Positions 46,917 through 47,404 of a stretch of DNA of 47,404 bases are shown piece after piece (position 1 is the stretch's first letter; each line of letters begins with the position of its first letter). The notes beneath the pieces are model-generated. The model did no database searches. It had not been told where the DNA came from and saw only the letters and a list, made by a program, of their open reading frames with translations. Both the position numbers and the translations under genes were made by a program. Source of the DNA: Oscillospiraceae bacterium (GTDB lineage Bacteria; Bacillota; Clostridia; Oscillospirales; Acutalibacteraceae); assembly GCA_902796055.1 (NCBI GenBank), contig CADBNM010000073.1, positions 1 through 47,404 of the forward strand, given 5' to 3'.

Positions 46917-47092
46917 ATCTATAACCGCCTTAAAGAAAAAATGCACAGCCGAAGCTGTGCAAAAAAACACAATGCTCCGATTGCTGCGACACAAATCAAA
47001 TATACGAGCATAAAAGGTATACCAATAAAGAGCATGCATTTTTATCGAAAATACATACCTTATTATGCTCAAAAAAAATATGATTATGTCGC
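46917..47092 (-). promoter_or_regulatory. structured 5' leader L2 (paralog of L1) with UUCG-loop intrinsic terminator
   Basis: Minus-strand pairings: P1 gcgacauaauca (47092-47081) / ugauuugugucgc (46998-46986), P2 gagcauaa / uuaugcuc, P3 aagguau / auaccuu, P4 guauuuu / aaaaugc. Terminator ugcacagc-UUCG-gcugugca (46961-46942) plus UUUUUU. Confidence 0.6.
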
Positions 47093-47098
47093 AACACG

Positions 47099-47127
47099 AT
47101 TATAACATAGTTGAAATCTTTAGTCAA
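47099..47127 (-). promoter_or_regulatory. sigma-A-type promoter driving leader L2
   Basis: Minus strand: TTGACT (47127-47122), 17-nt spacer, TATAAT (47104-47099). Confidence 0.65.
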
Positions 47128-47159
47128 ACTATAAAAAACGGAAGTTAAGTCCGACTGCT

Positions 47160-47404
47160 ATTGCGCAGAGATTCGGTAAAGAAGTTTTACCTCAAAATTT
47201 TAGAATTTCGCACAAATAGTGCAAGTAAAACCCTCGGCAGGCGTTAGCCTTTCCGAGGGTTCAGCGTGTAGAAAAACCTTTTTCTACACGCTGAGCAGAT
47301 GTTGAAAGAGTGAGATGAAATCCGCCAACTGAAACGCTGAGGCAAGGGATAAAAATTGCTAAGGATAATAAGGTTTTGTTTATTCTTTTTTGCAACTGCT
47401 TCAA
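47160..47404. repeat. ORF-free mosaic repeat region (two strong hairpins plus a 35-nt unit related to 27001-27032)
   Basis: Hairpins ccctcgg...ccgaggg (47231-47259) and a 15-bp perfect stem cagcgtgtagaaaaa-cc-tttttctacacgctg (47262-47293). Unit GTTGAAAGAGTGAGATGAAATCCGCCAACTGAAAC at 47301-47335. Confidence 0.6.

Noticed and set aside
46917-47072. 52-codon N-terminal extension of the acetyltransferase (MSIIRYVFSIKMHALYWY...)
   Set aside because: The extension would read through a promoter, a structured leader and an intrinsic terminator. ATG 46916 begins the conserved MKKVVIIGAGGHAK domain.
47301-47335. 35-nt sequence with CRISPR-repeat-like ends (GTTGAA...CTGAAAC)
   Set aside because: Only a single copy is present here and no regularly spaced repeats follow in the remaining 69 nt. 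The only related unit (27001-27032) is inverted and diverged, and there are no cas genes in the window. I treat it as part of the mosaic repeat family, pending inspection of the sequence beyond the window.

Overview
47.4-kb chromosomal segment from an endospore-forming Firmicute, probably Clostridia-like. This is inferred from gpr and spoIIP, Gram-positive GGAGG ribosome-binding sites and TTGACA/TATAAT promoters; most of the window looks mid-40s % GC by eye. Gene content is mainly housekeeping. It includes csoR-copA copper efflux, two SDR/epimerase-fold genes, GH3 and GH5 glycosidases and yebC. It also includes an abrB-like/Fe-ADH/obg/mrnC/yitT/rsmF-like string, pgk-tpiA-gpmI, trmL, yhaM and fumC. 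A LysR-adjacent flavodoxin/aldo-keto-reductase/cupin/DUF4405/flavin-reductase redox cluster is present, as is the conserved rpsT-gpr-spoIIP ... lepA-hemW neighbourhood. The one accessory-looking block is a visibly AT-rich two-gene cassette (unknown 200-aa protein plus a ~991-aa LRR/Cys-module/Fn3 surface protein) sitting between birA and its target bioY. I recognised no rRNA, tRNA, CRISPR array, transposase, integrase or classical defence genes. I cannot point to a novel protein-coding system with confidence. The most unusual signals are non-coding. (1) Two paralogous cassettes, each a consensus promoter, a ~180-200-nt rod-like structured leader and a UUCG-loop terminator, lie upstream of the unknown/LRR operon and of a NeuD-type acetyltransferase. 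Their helices differ in sequence but keep pairing, with G-U pairs only on the transcribed strand. (2) A dispersed repeat family at three loci is built from a GC-hairpin core plus arrays of mini-hairpins joined by a conserved 9-mer (AACATCAYT), at exact 20-nt phase in one array. (3) Mosaic terminator-associated repeat modules recur after stop codons. (4) An SOS (LexA/Cheo) box pair controls a small single-pass membrane protein. All functional calls come from reading the translated ORFs and motifs by eye; no database search was run.
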